A DNA stretch of 64,000 nucleotides, from NCBI RefSeq assembly GCF_006345805.1, contig NC_043002.1, positions 105,958,001 through 106,022,000 on the forward strand, written 5' to 3'. Below, piece by piece: positions 39,739 through 52,840 of this stretch (position 1 is the stretch's first letter; every line of letters begins with the position of its first letter). The translations under genes were made by a program, and so were the position numbers. The notes under the pieces were generated by a model. The model saw nothing but the letters and a program-made list of their open reading frames with translations, did no database searches and had not been told where the DNA came from. Origin of the DNA: Octopus sinensis. Its lineage: Eukaryota.

Positions 39739-42098
39739 TTTATTTAAAGCAGCAGAAAATCCAACAAAACCTGTTACTCTGAGTTTCACGTTCCCGTTCA
39801 GAGAGAGAGAGAGAGAAACTTTGTATATACACACGTTTATACTTGTGTGTGTCATTTGCGATAAATTGTGTCTAAAGGAGAAGCTATTCTGTCAATATTT
39901 TAAGGACTGTGTAAACTTTATTTAATCCATAGAGCTGACCAGGATCTGGTTAGGTTGCCAACTAACCACATTAAACTATCATAGAAACAACACCCTGAAA
40001 ATAAATGTGTGTATGTATTGGTAGGGGTGCGCTGAGGCGAAGGGTCATTCTCTGTTGGTATGCTGAAATCATAGCTTTATTAAATGTACTTTTTCATACG
40101 CACATATCTGAGGCTTTCACAAATAGGTTACCTTTGTTTTACTATATCGTTCGCTTTGTATCAACATGGTTTCATGTCGTTGCTGGATATTAACAAGTAG
40201 TAGTAATATATGAATTTGCTACCTGATGGTGGTGGTTTTGTCCGCAGCTAAGTATGTTTACATCAGTACTAGTTGCTGCTTAGTCCCAGGTCAACCCGAA
40301 TGAAGTAAAATACAATTGAAAGCATTCCAGCCATGACCATCCCGGCTTTTTTGCTAAGTACGGGGAACTGATATCTAATGTGGTCTTTTTGAAAGACAAT
40401 AGGGTGTGATTTGAGAGAGATCGGGATTGCTATTTCTAGCAGGTCAATGTTCTTTCGTTAGCTTGCTAGTATTTATTTCATTGACCCCTGGCGTGATTTG
40501 CACTTGGAACGAAAAGGGAGGCAATTGAAACCAACCGCTATTTCGTCATCGCTCTATCATTTTTTTATTTCGATTCATCCTAATTATTCTCCACAGTAAC
40601 TCAAGGTCACAGATTTTGGTATGGAGGAGCAATAATTTAGAATTTAGCCATGTCTAACTTACAGCAATAAGTTAGTGATCCTCTAGTATTTGGTTACTAC
40701 ATATTTTATCGGACTTAATACTTACCAGAGGGGGTAACCAGTCAAAAGCCAACTTTTAGTTCCCTTTCACATGTTAAGAATTTCGTTCTTTTTCTCAATT
40801 TGATCCCATTATGCAGTAAGTGTTTCCTGAGGACCATTACCTAGTAGGATTGAGCAAAATTCTATAGACAATGACTGAAGCAGCTCATCTTTACTCATGT
40901 AAATGAGTCCGTCAGGTTGTGTTTCCTATATCATAGCTTAACTTAATGATTTGATATGAATAAAATACACGCCGGACTGAATGTAAAACAAAATTGAAGT
41001 TGATACAATTGACTAAAGCCCTTGAAGGTGGTGCCCCATTTTGCTACAATTAAACTGAAGCCAGTGACCGCATGGGAACAGATATTCTTCATTGATTGCT
41101 AGCTTTATTCAAAATATGAACAGGCTTTTACAAAAGAAAAATAAATAAAAAAAACAACAACGCAGCACCAAAGGAACCTAGTGAAGCAAGCAAGCATGCT
41201 CACAGCATTACCACAGATGATGGTGAGGCTAAGGCACTGGAAAAGCCAAGCACCCTCACAGGCATCACCTGACACCTAGGTAAGGCAATCCGCCAACGAT
41301 AAGAATTTCACCATTAGTTTTAGATTAGTTCTCGAGAGTTAATATTTACTTCCTTATTGATAACAATTTATCTCAAGTCCTACTTATTGGGTATAAGTAT
41401 ATATGTATATAAACTTATGTATATGTAGGAGCACGGGAGGCATGGCTGTATGGTTCTGAGTTCAATCCTACTGCATGGCAACTTGGACAAATGCCTTTTA
41501 CAAGAGTATCAGGTTGAACAAATCTATTTATAGAATTTGGTTACCAGAAACTTTACAGAAGCCTCTCATGTGTACACATGTGTGCACACACGTGTACATG
41601 CACACATCGTATGCATCCTCTTAAATAAAAGAATGTTCAATTGCGTTACAAAATCTGATTTTATTTGAAGATCTTATGTTTCTGTTGGCTCTTGTTACCA
41701 TTCGATGACATTTGAAACCAAATCTGCTAATACTGAAAATGACAATCTGGTACATGCACTGGATCGTTCATACACCTGACTTGATACCCACTGCAGCCCC
41801 TCTTTTTAAATCACTTTTTTTAATGCTAACTATTGAAAAACTAGTGTCCCGTTTATTTGGCTGGTTGTTTAGAGCAGAGATTGCCATTAAATTATATCCT
41901 ACTGTCTTTAGTAAAAGAAGAGGAATATATTGACTAATGAATGATACCCTGAATAGACTTTTAGTAAAAGATGAAATGGTTAGTGAAGCATCTTTGATCA
42001 TAAATCAGCTGGATCAAGACTGATGGACATCTAAACAACTGAATTTTAAATATACCAACAGACAAACCTGATAATGTATATTTAGAATTACTCAAATG

Positions 42099-42154
<56 letters not shown>

Positions 42155-42539
42155 TTTTAATCATTATAGTATCATTCTAAGTTCTTATTTTGTCAGTCAG
42201 CTTTGCATTTCATCCCTCTAGAATTCATAACATAAATACTAGCCAAGTACTGGAGTTAATTAAATTCACAACATTCTAACCACCTACCCTTACAAACTAT
42301 ATGGCCTTGAGCCAAAATTTTTTTTAAATTATCTATTGGACAATTGCATAACAGAACTAGTAGAGCATCAAATAATACATCTTTCTGCATTAAGTTCCTC
42401 TTGTTCTGAGCACAAATCCCAAAGATCAACTACATCTTCAAACTTCCATAATCAACTGAATAAAGTCCCAACCAAACACTAAGGTTGATCAAGACTAACA
42501 TATCTTACAAATAGTGGTAGACTATAATTGTTAGAATAC

Positions 42540-43285
42540 CAGAGAAAATAATTTGTTTGTTCTAGTCCTTTATTCATTGTGTCCAAATCCTGCTAAAATC
42601 AGCTTTGCCTTTCATCTCTCTGTGGTTGATAAAAGTGCTCTCCACAAAAAAAAATTATTGGCTTTATGTCAAAATTAAAGGCGTCATTATTATTATTATT
42701 ATTCTACTGAGGTCAATTATGCCTTTCATCCTTTTGGGGTTGATAAAATAAGTACCAGTTGAACACTGGGATCGATATAATTGACTCATCACCTCCCAAA
42801 AGTTGCTGCTGTTGTGGAAAAATTTTAAACTATTATCATCATCATCGTTATTATTATTATTATTAAGGCAGCAAACTGACAGAATCATTAGCACGTTGGA
42901 CAAGATGCTTAGTGACATTTCGCCCATTTTCACATTCTGAGTTCAAATTCTGCCAAGGTCAACTTTACTTTTCATCCTTTCAGTTTCAATAAAATAAGTG
43001 CCAGTGAAGCACTGGTATTAGTGTAATTGACTTATTCCCTCCTCCTCCAAAATTGCAGGTCTGGTGTCAAAATTTGAAATCATTATTATTAAAAACTATG
43101 GATTAGCTGATACATTAGCATCAGTCAATATTCCTTGTTGAATATATGTATGTATTCTAGTTCTTTTACAACGAGTTCAAATACTATTGAAGTTAGCTTT
43201 GCCTTTCATCCTTCTGGAGTAAATAACAAAGTACTGGGGTCATTTTAACTAACTGCTCTCTTCACAAATTTCTGGCCTTGTGCCT
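42540..43285 (+). mobile_element. Tandem cluster of about four CpG-decayed SINE family B copies
   Basis: Repeated TTTGCCTTTCATCC..TTGATAAAATAAGTACCAG and GAGTTCAAATTCTGCCAAGGTCAAC, showing CG to TG/CA changes relative to copies at 18 kb and 25 kb. Confidence 0.8.
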
Positions 43286-44299
43286 AGGTTAGAAACTATT
43301 ATGCAGTAGTTCTATTTGATATTGCTATCACTGTACAGCTAAGCACAGCTCTCTGGGCCTTGGGCCGACTTGTGCAGTGTTTTGTTTATAGTTTTATATT
43401 TTTTATTGTATTGAAAGTCCTGCAAATAATGTCTTCAATGCCCAGTAGTGCTATTTTCTGTATGACACCCATATTCATAAGTCCTCTGATTTTGGTTATG
43501 CATTTGTATTTTAATCATTCTTAGGACTCATTGTTATGAAAGGATTGTTTCTATTTTCAGTCTGTAATGACATTCAAGTTATCATTATTTCCATATCTTA
43601 ATGTTTGAATAATTTTCTATTTCTTAGAGAGATATGTTATCATGACAATTCTGGATTTTGCCTCCTTATAATGTTATAAATTTCTGACATACAACACTTG
43701 TGAAACAAGTTGTGGCAGTAGTGGTAGTAAGAAGAGCAAATAACCTTTGTAGAAATAATTGGTCAGAACTGTATATAATTATGTGAAGTCTTCATGTTGT
43801 ATAATGCCAGAATCCATTTTCTTACATCACTCATACCACTACTCTACTGTTAACCTCTACTTAACATAACTATTCTCTCTTATATGTATGTATATATGTC
43901 CATGTGTATGTGGTGTGTATATAATTTCTCCATAAATACAACTAGCATACTTCAGATACACCCCAACTCCTGTTTATATCTGTTTATATGAAGCCATTCA
44001 CGTGATATGTGGTGAACTCTGCCAAGGAGGAAAAATTGTCCATGTGTACATACATGCATATACAAGTAAGCATATACATGCACAGATGCTTTGCACGTGT
44101 GTAAAATCTCATGTTTATGTTCCATTATTATCTAGTTGTGTGTATTAATATAGTGTACATGCATTAAAAAACTGCTTCACATTGGAGACAGCCCTCCAGT
44201 TGGAACAAAAAAAGACATATCTCCTATTTTGACAGATAGCTGTGTCATGTGCACGTGTTCATCTATGTATGTTAGTGCTGGATGTGTAAAGTTCTTTAG

Positions 44300-44341
<42 letters not shown>

Positions 44342-44818
44342 TTTATAAATACTTAATTGAGAAAATGTAGGCACAATACGTAAGAGCACAGCTGTATGTA
44401 TTTGTGCCTGTACTCTGTATATGTAAGTACTATATACACATGTCTCTGTACTGTGTGTGTGTCTGTGTGTGTTAATGACTAGTTATTCCACTACCAGTCA
44501 GTGATGCCAATGTTGTAAATCTCAGCCTGAGGTTCTTGAAAATGCTAGCCAAGGTCAGTCTCTATAAATAAACCACAAAACAACACATAGACCTCAACAC
44601 ATACACACAACCCCCAAAGTGACCAATTAGCTAGGAATTATGACACCATTTCACTGTCCTTTTTTTTCTTTTTTCAAGAGGAATTTGATTTTATAGCATA
44701 TTTACTACATATTTGCATACAAGACTAAAAAAAACTATTTGCACACACACACACACAAACACAATGTACCTTCATTTCCTTTTTGCCCATATCAGAAAAA
44801 ATAAGTCCAAAATGTGGA

Positions 44819-44855
<37 letters not shown>

Positions 44856-45310
44856 TTCCTACTATAGATAATGAACTAGTTCATTTTAGAGCAGATTGGT
44901 CCATCTAGAGCTGTCATTCTTAACAAGGTAGAAGGTATAAATTTCAGAATAACAGGGTGAAATTTGGGAATTCCATTTTGGAAAATGTTTTTAATTGAAA
45001 AATCGTTTGTTATTTACACTGGTTTTTGTTAGATTTATTTTCTTTAATGTTGACTTTAAGAATGTTAATGTTAAATTAATGTAAGATTAATGTAATAAAT
45101 TGTGCTGTACACATGCTACTTTTTCTTATATGGGGGTGGGAAAATGAAGATGCTAAACTGATAAAATACAGAAAACGAGTAACACTGATTGAGAGCAATG
45201 TCTGAATAATGTGTATGTAATGGACTGATGTGTCTAGAACAATGTTTACATAGTTTATACAGTTGGTCTATCTAGGGCAATGGATATATTGGGGCTAGTC
45301 TCTTCTAGAG

Positions 45311-45603
45311 CAGTAGTTCTCAACCAGGGGCCATATAAGATTTTGGGGGACCCACACAATAAAATAGTAAATTGGAGAGTCACTATAGTATTTCCAAGAC
45401 TCCTGAAGAATTTTCTTTAGATTTATGTATTGCAAGAAATAGCTAGGTTTCTTTCTCTAAGAATTTACATAGTTCAACCTTCACAAGGCAGTGTGTGAAA
45501 AGCAAAATAGGAATTATGAAAGAAGTTCCTATAAAACTAGTTTTTAAACATCAAATGGTTATGGCGGAGTCCATAAGTAAAAAAACTAGTTGAGAACCCA
45601 GTC
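45311..45603. mobile_element. hAT (Charlie-like) MITE
   Basis: Left end CAGTAGTTCTCAACC preceded by TTCTAGAG; degenerate right end GTTGAGAACCC. Right-hand TSD not preserved. Confidence 0.55.
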
Positions 45604-46002
45604 TTATGCAATGCTTACACATTGGACTGGTCCATCTGTCCATAAATGTCTGTAAAATTCTAAGACTTTAAACTGAAAGTGAATTTACAACTATTCCTAA
45701 CTGGTGAAGTAGATCATGCATGTGCTCTTTCACTGGAGGACATGTACTAATGGCTATATAGTTAAAGTGACAAATTCTTTTTTCTACACACACATCTCAC
45801 ACAACTCTGGTTCCTCTGCCCACAGACCCAACAATTATCACTACTTCCTCTACCAAGAAGAGAGGATCTTTCCATACTTATTTTTATTCTTGTAAAAATG
45901 GATTGGATACAACTTGAGACAGTATCCTATAGCCAGGTACCTCTTGGCACAGAACTAATTTGAAAAACAAGGATAGAAATCCTTGTTTTTCAAATTAGTT
46001 CT

Positions 46003-46680
46003 CTCTGTGCCATGAGGCACATAAGGCTGCAACATGATCTCTCCAATCAGCTCGGTTTTCTGCCAATGTTCTGGTCTCATTCCAACTCTTCCACCCTTCT
46101 CGTCTCCTTTCCTTGTCAATGGTCCTCCACCATGTGGTTTAAGGGTACCTCACTACTCTTTTCCTTTCGGACTTCCAATTTAATGCTACCATAAAATCCT
46201 TTTCTCACTCTCGTGTGAGGACATGTCCAATCCAGTTCCAGCTTCTGTGTCTTATTTCATCACTGATCCTGTTGATGCCCATTGTCATCTCAATTGTCAT
46301 TTTGGACTCCTTACAGTCACCTGATTTCAAGTATTCTCCTTAAGTATGTGAATTGGAAGCTGTCCATTGTTTTTTCTTCCATTTTTGTCAATTTTCAGTT
46401 TTCACATTCATGGACTAATACTGATCAAACTGTGCTGAACAGTTATACTTTTGCTTCTCCACAACTCTATCAGATTGTAGAATGCTCTCCAGGCTTTGTT
46501 CTTTATACCCTCCATTCCCCCTTTATCTTTTTTTGACTATCAGCCCAAGGTAAGCAAATTCTTCATCTTCCACCTCATTATTTTTCAAGTAATAGTACCT
46601 TATTCCATATCAAACCATTGTCAGATGTTTTATTTTTTGGTAACATAAACAATGTTACTGCTGAATTAGCATCAAAGCAA
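46003..46680 (-). mobile_element. RTE-clade LINE 3' fragment
   Basis: Decayed translation EVEDEEFAYLG...DSFQFTYLRRILEIR...WNWIGHVL...LAENRADWRDHVAALCASWH, typical of the RTE C-terminus. Confidence 0.8.
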
Positions 46681-46696
46681 AGATACAAACACATAT

Positions 46697-48150
46697 TATC
46701 ATCATCATTTAACGTTCACTTTCCATGCTGGCATGGGTTGGACGGTTTGACTGGGGACTGGTGAGCTAGATGGCTGCACCAGGCTCCAATCTGATCTGGC
46801 AGAGTTTCTACAGCTGGATGCTCTTCCTAATGCCAACCACTCCAAGTTTTATGTACCACCGGCACGAGGGCCAGTCAGGCAGTACTGGCAACAGCCACGC
46901 TCAAATGGTGTTTTTATGTGTCACCTGCACAGAAGCCAGTCCAGCGGTACTGCCAACGCCCTCACTCGTATGTTTTTCAAATACCACCGGCACAAGTACC
47001 AGTAAGATGACGCTGGTAACGATCACACTCGAATGATGCTTTTTATGTGCCACCGGCATGAAGGCCAGTCAGTGGCCATGGCAACGATCACACTCAGATA
47101 GTGCTCTTTGCGCTTCACTAGCACGGATGCCAGTCATGCGGTGCTGTCATCGAATTTGATTTTGATTTCACTTGTCTCAGCAGGTCTTCGCAAGCAGAGT
47201 TCAGTGTCCAATGAAAGAAAGGTATGCCTAAGTGGACTGGTTAAACCACTGGCATAGGCCACAGGCTATGGTCTCACTTGGCTTGCCAGGTTTTCTCAAG
47301 CACAGAATATTTCCAAAGGTCTCAATCACTAGTCATTGCCTCAGTGAGGCGTAATATTCGAAAGTCGTGCTTCACAACCTCATCCCAGGTCTTCCTGGGT
47401 CTACCACTTTTACAGTTTCCCTCAACTGCTAGGGTGTGACACTTTTTCACACAGCTATCCTCATCCATTTGCACCACTTGACCATACCAGTGCAGTCGTC
47501 TCTCTTGCACCCCACATATGATGCTTCTTAGGTCCAACTTCTCTCTCAAGGCACTTACTCTCTGTTGAGTATGCACACTGACATTACACATCCAGCGGAG
47601 CATATTGGCCATGTTCCTTGCAAGCTTACGCATGTCCTCAGCAGTCACAGCCCATGTTTTACTGCCATATAGCATGACTGTTCGTACACATGCATCATAC
47701 AGTCTACCTTTTACTCTGAGCAAGTGGCCCTTTCAGGGAGCAGAGGTAGGAGCTCCCTGAACTTTGCCCAGGCTATTCTTATTCTAACAGCTACACTTTC
47801 AGAGCACCCACCCCCGCTACTGTCTTGGTCACCTAGGTAACGGAAGCTATCAACTACTTCTAGTTTTTCTCCCTGGAATGTGGCGGAAGTTGTTCTCTGC
47901 GCATTTTCAGTGTTTATTGCTCCTGAGCATCTGCCACATACAAAAACTATCTTCCTAGTTAGCCTTCCTTTGATATTGCTGCCCCTCTTATGTGTCCATA
48001 GCTTACACTGGGTAAATCTTATAGAGTTTCTACCTCTTACTGAGTTTCTACCTTCTTATAGAAAAAATTTCGTCTTTGTATCTGGTTTGCAAGATTCTTT
48101 ATGTGAACTCATGTGTTGAAGCAAATTATGTGTCTTGGAGAGTCATAGTG
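46697..48150 (-). mobile_element. 5'-truncated RTE-clade LINE (second family) with 3' UTR and (GAT)n tail
   Basis: ORF 47322-47723 (KGRLYDACVRTVMLYGSKTW...RRLHWYGQV...GRPRKTW), preceded by LEVVDSFRYLGD and CKLWTHKR motifs. The 3' end is CCAACCCATGCCAGCATGGAAAG followed by GAT repeats. Confidence 0.88.
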
Positions 48151-51100
48151 TCTTAATGTCTTATTATCTAACACTCAACGGTTAGATTTCCACTCATTTC
48201 TTTAGTGAAGTGGAGCTGTCGGGTAGTTATTTATATATATCTTAATAATACTAAAACTCTAGATGTTTGTTTTCAAAATATCTCAGAAATAGTATATTTT
48301 ATCTTAATCTGAATTGCATATATATTTTCATATTCTATGCAGTGCAGTATGAGATTTTGTGATATTTGGACCTCTATTTATTAATGAAGATGATTAAACA
48401 CAATTTATATTTATTTCTTGATGAAAGAAATTATGGCTTCCATGACATCAACACACGTACAGAATACACACACATATAATGAATGTCATGGCATATGAAT
48501 CAACACAAATGCACATACACTATCTGTGACATACACACACACACACACATAATCTTCATGCTCTCTCTCTCTATCTCTCTAAGAAAAAAAGTCAACTTTT
48601 TGATATACACAATATTTCAATCATTTAGAAATATTCTTAAGTGAATGTGATTTCAAAAATATGTTGTTTGTACTGTATATTTTAGCTTTCTTTAAACAGA
48701 CAATATTTTAATGGGTTTTTTAATTATTTTCAAGTGAAAACCATATTTGTCATATTTAAAACACATTTTAAAGTGAAAATGACTTTAAAAATATAAATAT
48801 TTCGTAAGAGACCCATTTGTAACCTCAATGTGAAATAAAATTTTCCATAGGTTTTCTCAAGTGCATTCAACATATCTCAGCTCCAAAGATTTGGCTGCTA
48901 CTTTCAGCATGCCCTGCTACCCTGTAACAGCTATTTGCAATAAAGGACCAGAAATACCTGGTACATGGTAGCAGGGCATACAAGAAATAACAGCCAAATC
49001 TTTCCTTTTCTGAGGAAAGGAACCGTTATGCATGATTTTGATGTCACATTTGATGAAAGCATGCGAAATAACCTGGAAAGGAAGGGGGCACTCTGTTGCT
49101 GGGAAACTCAGACTTTACCTGTAACCCATTGGATCACCTGGAGTCTAGTATACATATAAAATGTATGAGTATTTATATTTGTGTGTATCTTGTATTTATG
49201 TGTCTTTGCACACACACACACACACACACACACGACAGGTTTCTGTAAAGTTTCTTTTAGTCAAATTTCACTCTCAAGGCACTGAACTTTAGGCTATAGT
49301 AGAAGGCACTTGAGCAAGGCATCACTCAGTGGGATTCAACTGGAAACCATGTGAAGTGAACTCCTTACCACACAGCCATCTTTGTGCAAGTTTTAACTCT
49401 GGAACAAGCACAAATTTTCAGAGCAGGAGAACGACACTAAGGGACAATGTAAGGTAAATTTGGCTATGATTTCAAGCAGGACAAGCAACCACATAGAGGT
49501 TCCTTGACTTATGTGTGTACCTATGTGTGTACTGCTCTAGAGGTGTAGGTAATATTTTGCCTAATATGTCTGCATTTCACTGTAGTGTAAACTCTACACA
49601 TTGTTATGCTTAATTCCTGATGTGAGAATAATATTATGCGTATTAGTGTTATTTAACCTCACATCCTGCTCTGAAAAACCTGTCATCAAAGGAGTTCTGG
49701 CCTTGACCACTGTTTTTTTCTTTCTTTGTGTATGTGTTTAGTTTTTACTTTTGTCAGACAGTATTCTCATGAGTACATGATCTATTGCTTTTTTCAAGAC
49801 TGTTCAGGCAACCGAGGTTATTATTTCTCGTTAGTCAAGCAACTTGTAGAGTTTTCTCACTAGCTTCTATTAGACAGCATCTTTGTAGCTTGTAAATACT
49901 TAATTCTAAGTTTTTCATAGAGAAAAGCAGTTGTCATCCCTGTATCCTTGTCTTTTTATTGAAAGGGTCCAGACCTGTGACAATACATACATTTGACCTT
50001 TCATTAAGAGGGCTAAACTTAGTGTTTGTACATGCATATTATCTCAGATGAGTGAAGAATATTGTAACTGTTGCATAGTTGCAGAGGCATAATCTGACTG
50101 AATAGTTAAGAAGTTCCCTTTGCAACCACAAGATCCCATATTTGACCCCCACTGTATGGTATCTTAGGTAAATGTTACTCACTTTAGCCTCAGGTTGACC
50201 CCCAGGAACTGTATAGAAGCCTGTTAGGTGAAGTGTACCTGTAATTCACACTGATTTTGCTTGAGAATTATGTTAACATTAAATGTGTTTGACAAATATT
50301 TGAGGAATGCCCAGCCATTCAGATTTAAATTCAGAAACAGGTAATTCAGTAGATCGAACAACTGAATTTTCATTGCCAAATGGTGGAGATGTACAACATA
50401 GTTCTTTAGCCCTTGTTCTACTCTAATCAAGCAAACTTATGTATGACCACTATGTTCCACTATCCCATTTTATAGTATATCTAGAGCTACAGGTTCTGAG
50501 CAATTAACATAAGTGGTTTTGTTATTTTTATTTTATTAAATATTAAGGTATGTATTGAAAGTGCTAAGGAAGGTAGTAGCTACCCTTCCTTTACACTACC
50601 TCGTTAACCTTTCCATTCCAGCTTACCCGCTTCTGTTGTTATCATTAACTCTGCTGACTAAATAATCTGAGTTAATCTTACATTAAGCTATTATCTCCAT
50701 CTCTTCTGTATTACCACTACTATCACTACCAACACCACCTCCACCCAATGCTATTCCATTACAACCACTACTACCAACACCATCACGTCTACTACCACCT
50801 ACACAAAGCTACATCCACCAATACCACCATCCCTACTACCACAATCCCCTCCCACTCCTGCAACTACCTAAATGTTAATCTCTCATAATCCAGTCCTTCT
50901 CACAGGACTGCAGGCAAGATAACTTTTGATAATCTGTTTTTAATGACTCTTAGAAAAAGTCTATGTATGTGTAGGTGTGTATGCATGTGTATTGTGTATG
51001 TGTGTGCACTGTCAGTACATGTGTGTGTGTATGTGTGTGTACATAAGTACAGGCATAACTGAGTGGTTAAAAAGTTTGCTCCACAATCATTAGGTCTCAA

Positions 51101-52199
51101 GTTTGACTGTAAGGCATCATGGGCAAATGTATTTTCTTTAAGTTCATGTCAACCCAAACCATATAAGGGAAACTGGGGAGATGGAAACTGTATGGGAGCC
51201 TGTTGGGTGGACAGACTGTACCTAGAATTCAAATAAACAACCTTGTTATGGTGTCACACTAATTCTGACTGAAAATTATGAAATACTCAGTGAAATACTC
51301 AGCCACTAACGTTATAACCGTGTACATAATTCATCTGAGGGAACATAGCTATGACAGTTTTATTTCCTTTCTTCCTCTACTCTTCTCTTCAACAAGGGAG
51401 CAAGAAGCAACATTTGTTATAATTTGACCCAAAGTGAGCCCTGGTCCAACCAACTTGACTGAAGACATTTTATCCATTACTATTCTATCTTTTGTTTATG
51501 CATAATATACATCAGATTCCTAAACATTTTTAATTTTTTAGATGACTGGTTTGAGAGTGTGTTGGCTGTTATGCTTTGCAAGTCAAATATCTCTTCTGCT
51601 CTTCTTGATTTCCAGTAATAGCAGCAATTCTAATGGCAGTGGCAATATTACAACACCATAGCTGTACAGTATATGAGAAATGATGGCATAGATATAAGGA
51701 GAGATTACTGTCTGAATGAAGCGAGAGTGGAGAAGAATTTGAACTTTAAGGTCACATAAGTTAAATGGAGTGATGGAGTGGGTGATGAGATATGAACAGG
51801 GCAGGGTGGTAACTGATGGAGAAAAAACAGTTGTAAAACTAAGGTCACCTTCCTTTACCAATAGGTTTATATGTTTCACAATGTGCATAAGGGGATGTAG
51901 AGGTATACTATGACTGCACATGGAACTTGGGTGTCCTAGTGGAGGTCACCTAGGGGAATAATGAAAGACTTAAGGTATTACAAGTATCTAAATTTGTAAC
52001 AAATTGAGATCAATGCTCAGTATATGACTGGTATTTTAGTTTTATTAATGAAAGGCATATGTAACGTCAACAGGATTTGAACCTACATGAATAACTGAAT
52101 AGCTCTTATAATCTTGTCTACTGCTCTATCAATTCTTCCTTAATAATAATATCAATGATAATAATAATAATAATGACAGCAATCATTTCTTATATTAGA

Positions 52200-52840
52200 T
52201 GCAATAGGGGAGGAAACAGTTGATTGTATCTATTCATGAACTTGACCGGTAATAATTTTATTAATCCAAGGACAAAAGGTAAAGCTGATGTCAGCAGAAC
52301 TTGAACTCAGAATGTAATGGATCATGACAAAATATTTAACTATACTGTACCAAATATGTCAATATATTTAACCACAAATGCCTAATAATTTCTTTTTTTT
52401 TTTGTTTGTTTGGCCACAAGGGCCAAAGACATTAGGGACAGTAAATATTATTAATTGTTTCAGATTTTAGACACAAGGTTAACAATTTTGAGGGAAGGGA
52501 ATGAGTTAATACCATCAACCTTAGTTTACAACTAGTACTTTATTTTATTGACCCTGAAAGGATGAAAGCAAAGTTGACCTTGGTGTGATTTGAAATCAGA
52601 CTGTAAAGAACAAGAAAAAAATAAGACCTGGCATTTTTCTAGTACTCTAACAAATCTGCCAGCTTGCCTAGGCATAAGGCCAGAAAATTTTAGGAGGAAG
52701 TTAAATTGACCTCGATACATAACTGATAGTTTATGTTGACCTCAGAATGATAAAAGACAAAATTGACTTTGGTAGAATTTGAACTCTGATGTAAAGAACT
52801 GGAACAAATGCAGCAAAGTATTTTACCCGATGCTCTAATG
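52200..52840 (-). mobile_element. Cluster of CpG-decayed SINE family B copies
   Basis: TACTTTATTTTATTGACCCTGAAAGGATGAAAGCAAAGTTGACC and GAATTTGAACTC repeated about three times in reverse orientation. Confidence 0.78.

Noticed and set aside
41712-41933. ORF with HTPDLIPTAAPLFKSL, loosely like the mariner SPDLAPSDYHLF motif
   Set aside because: Too degenerate, with no TIRs or other motifs to support a call.
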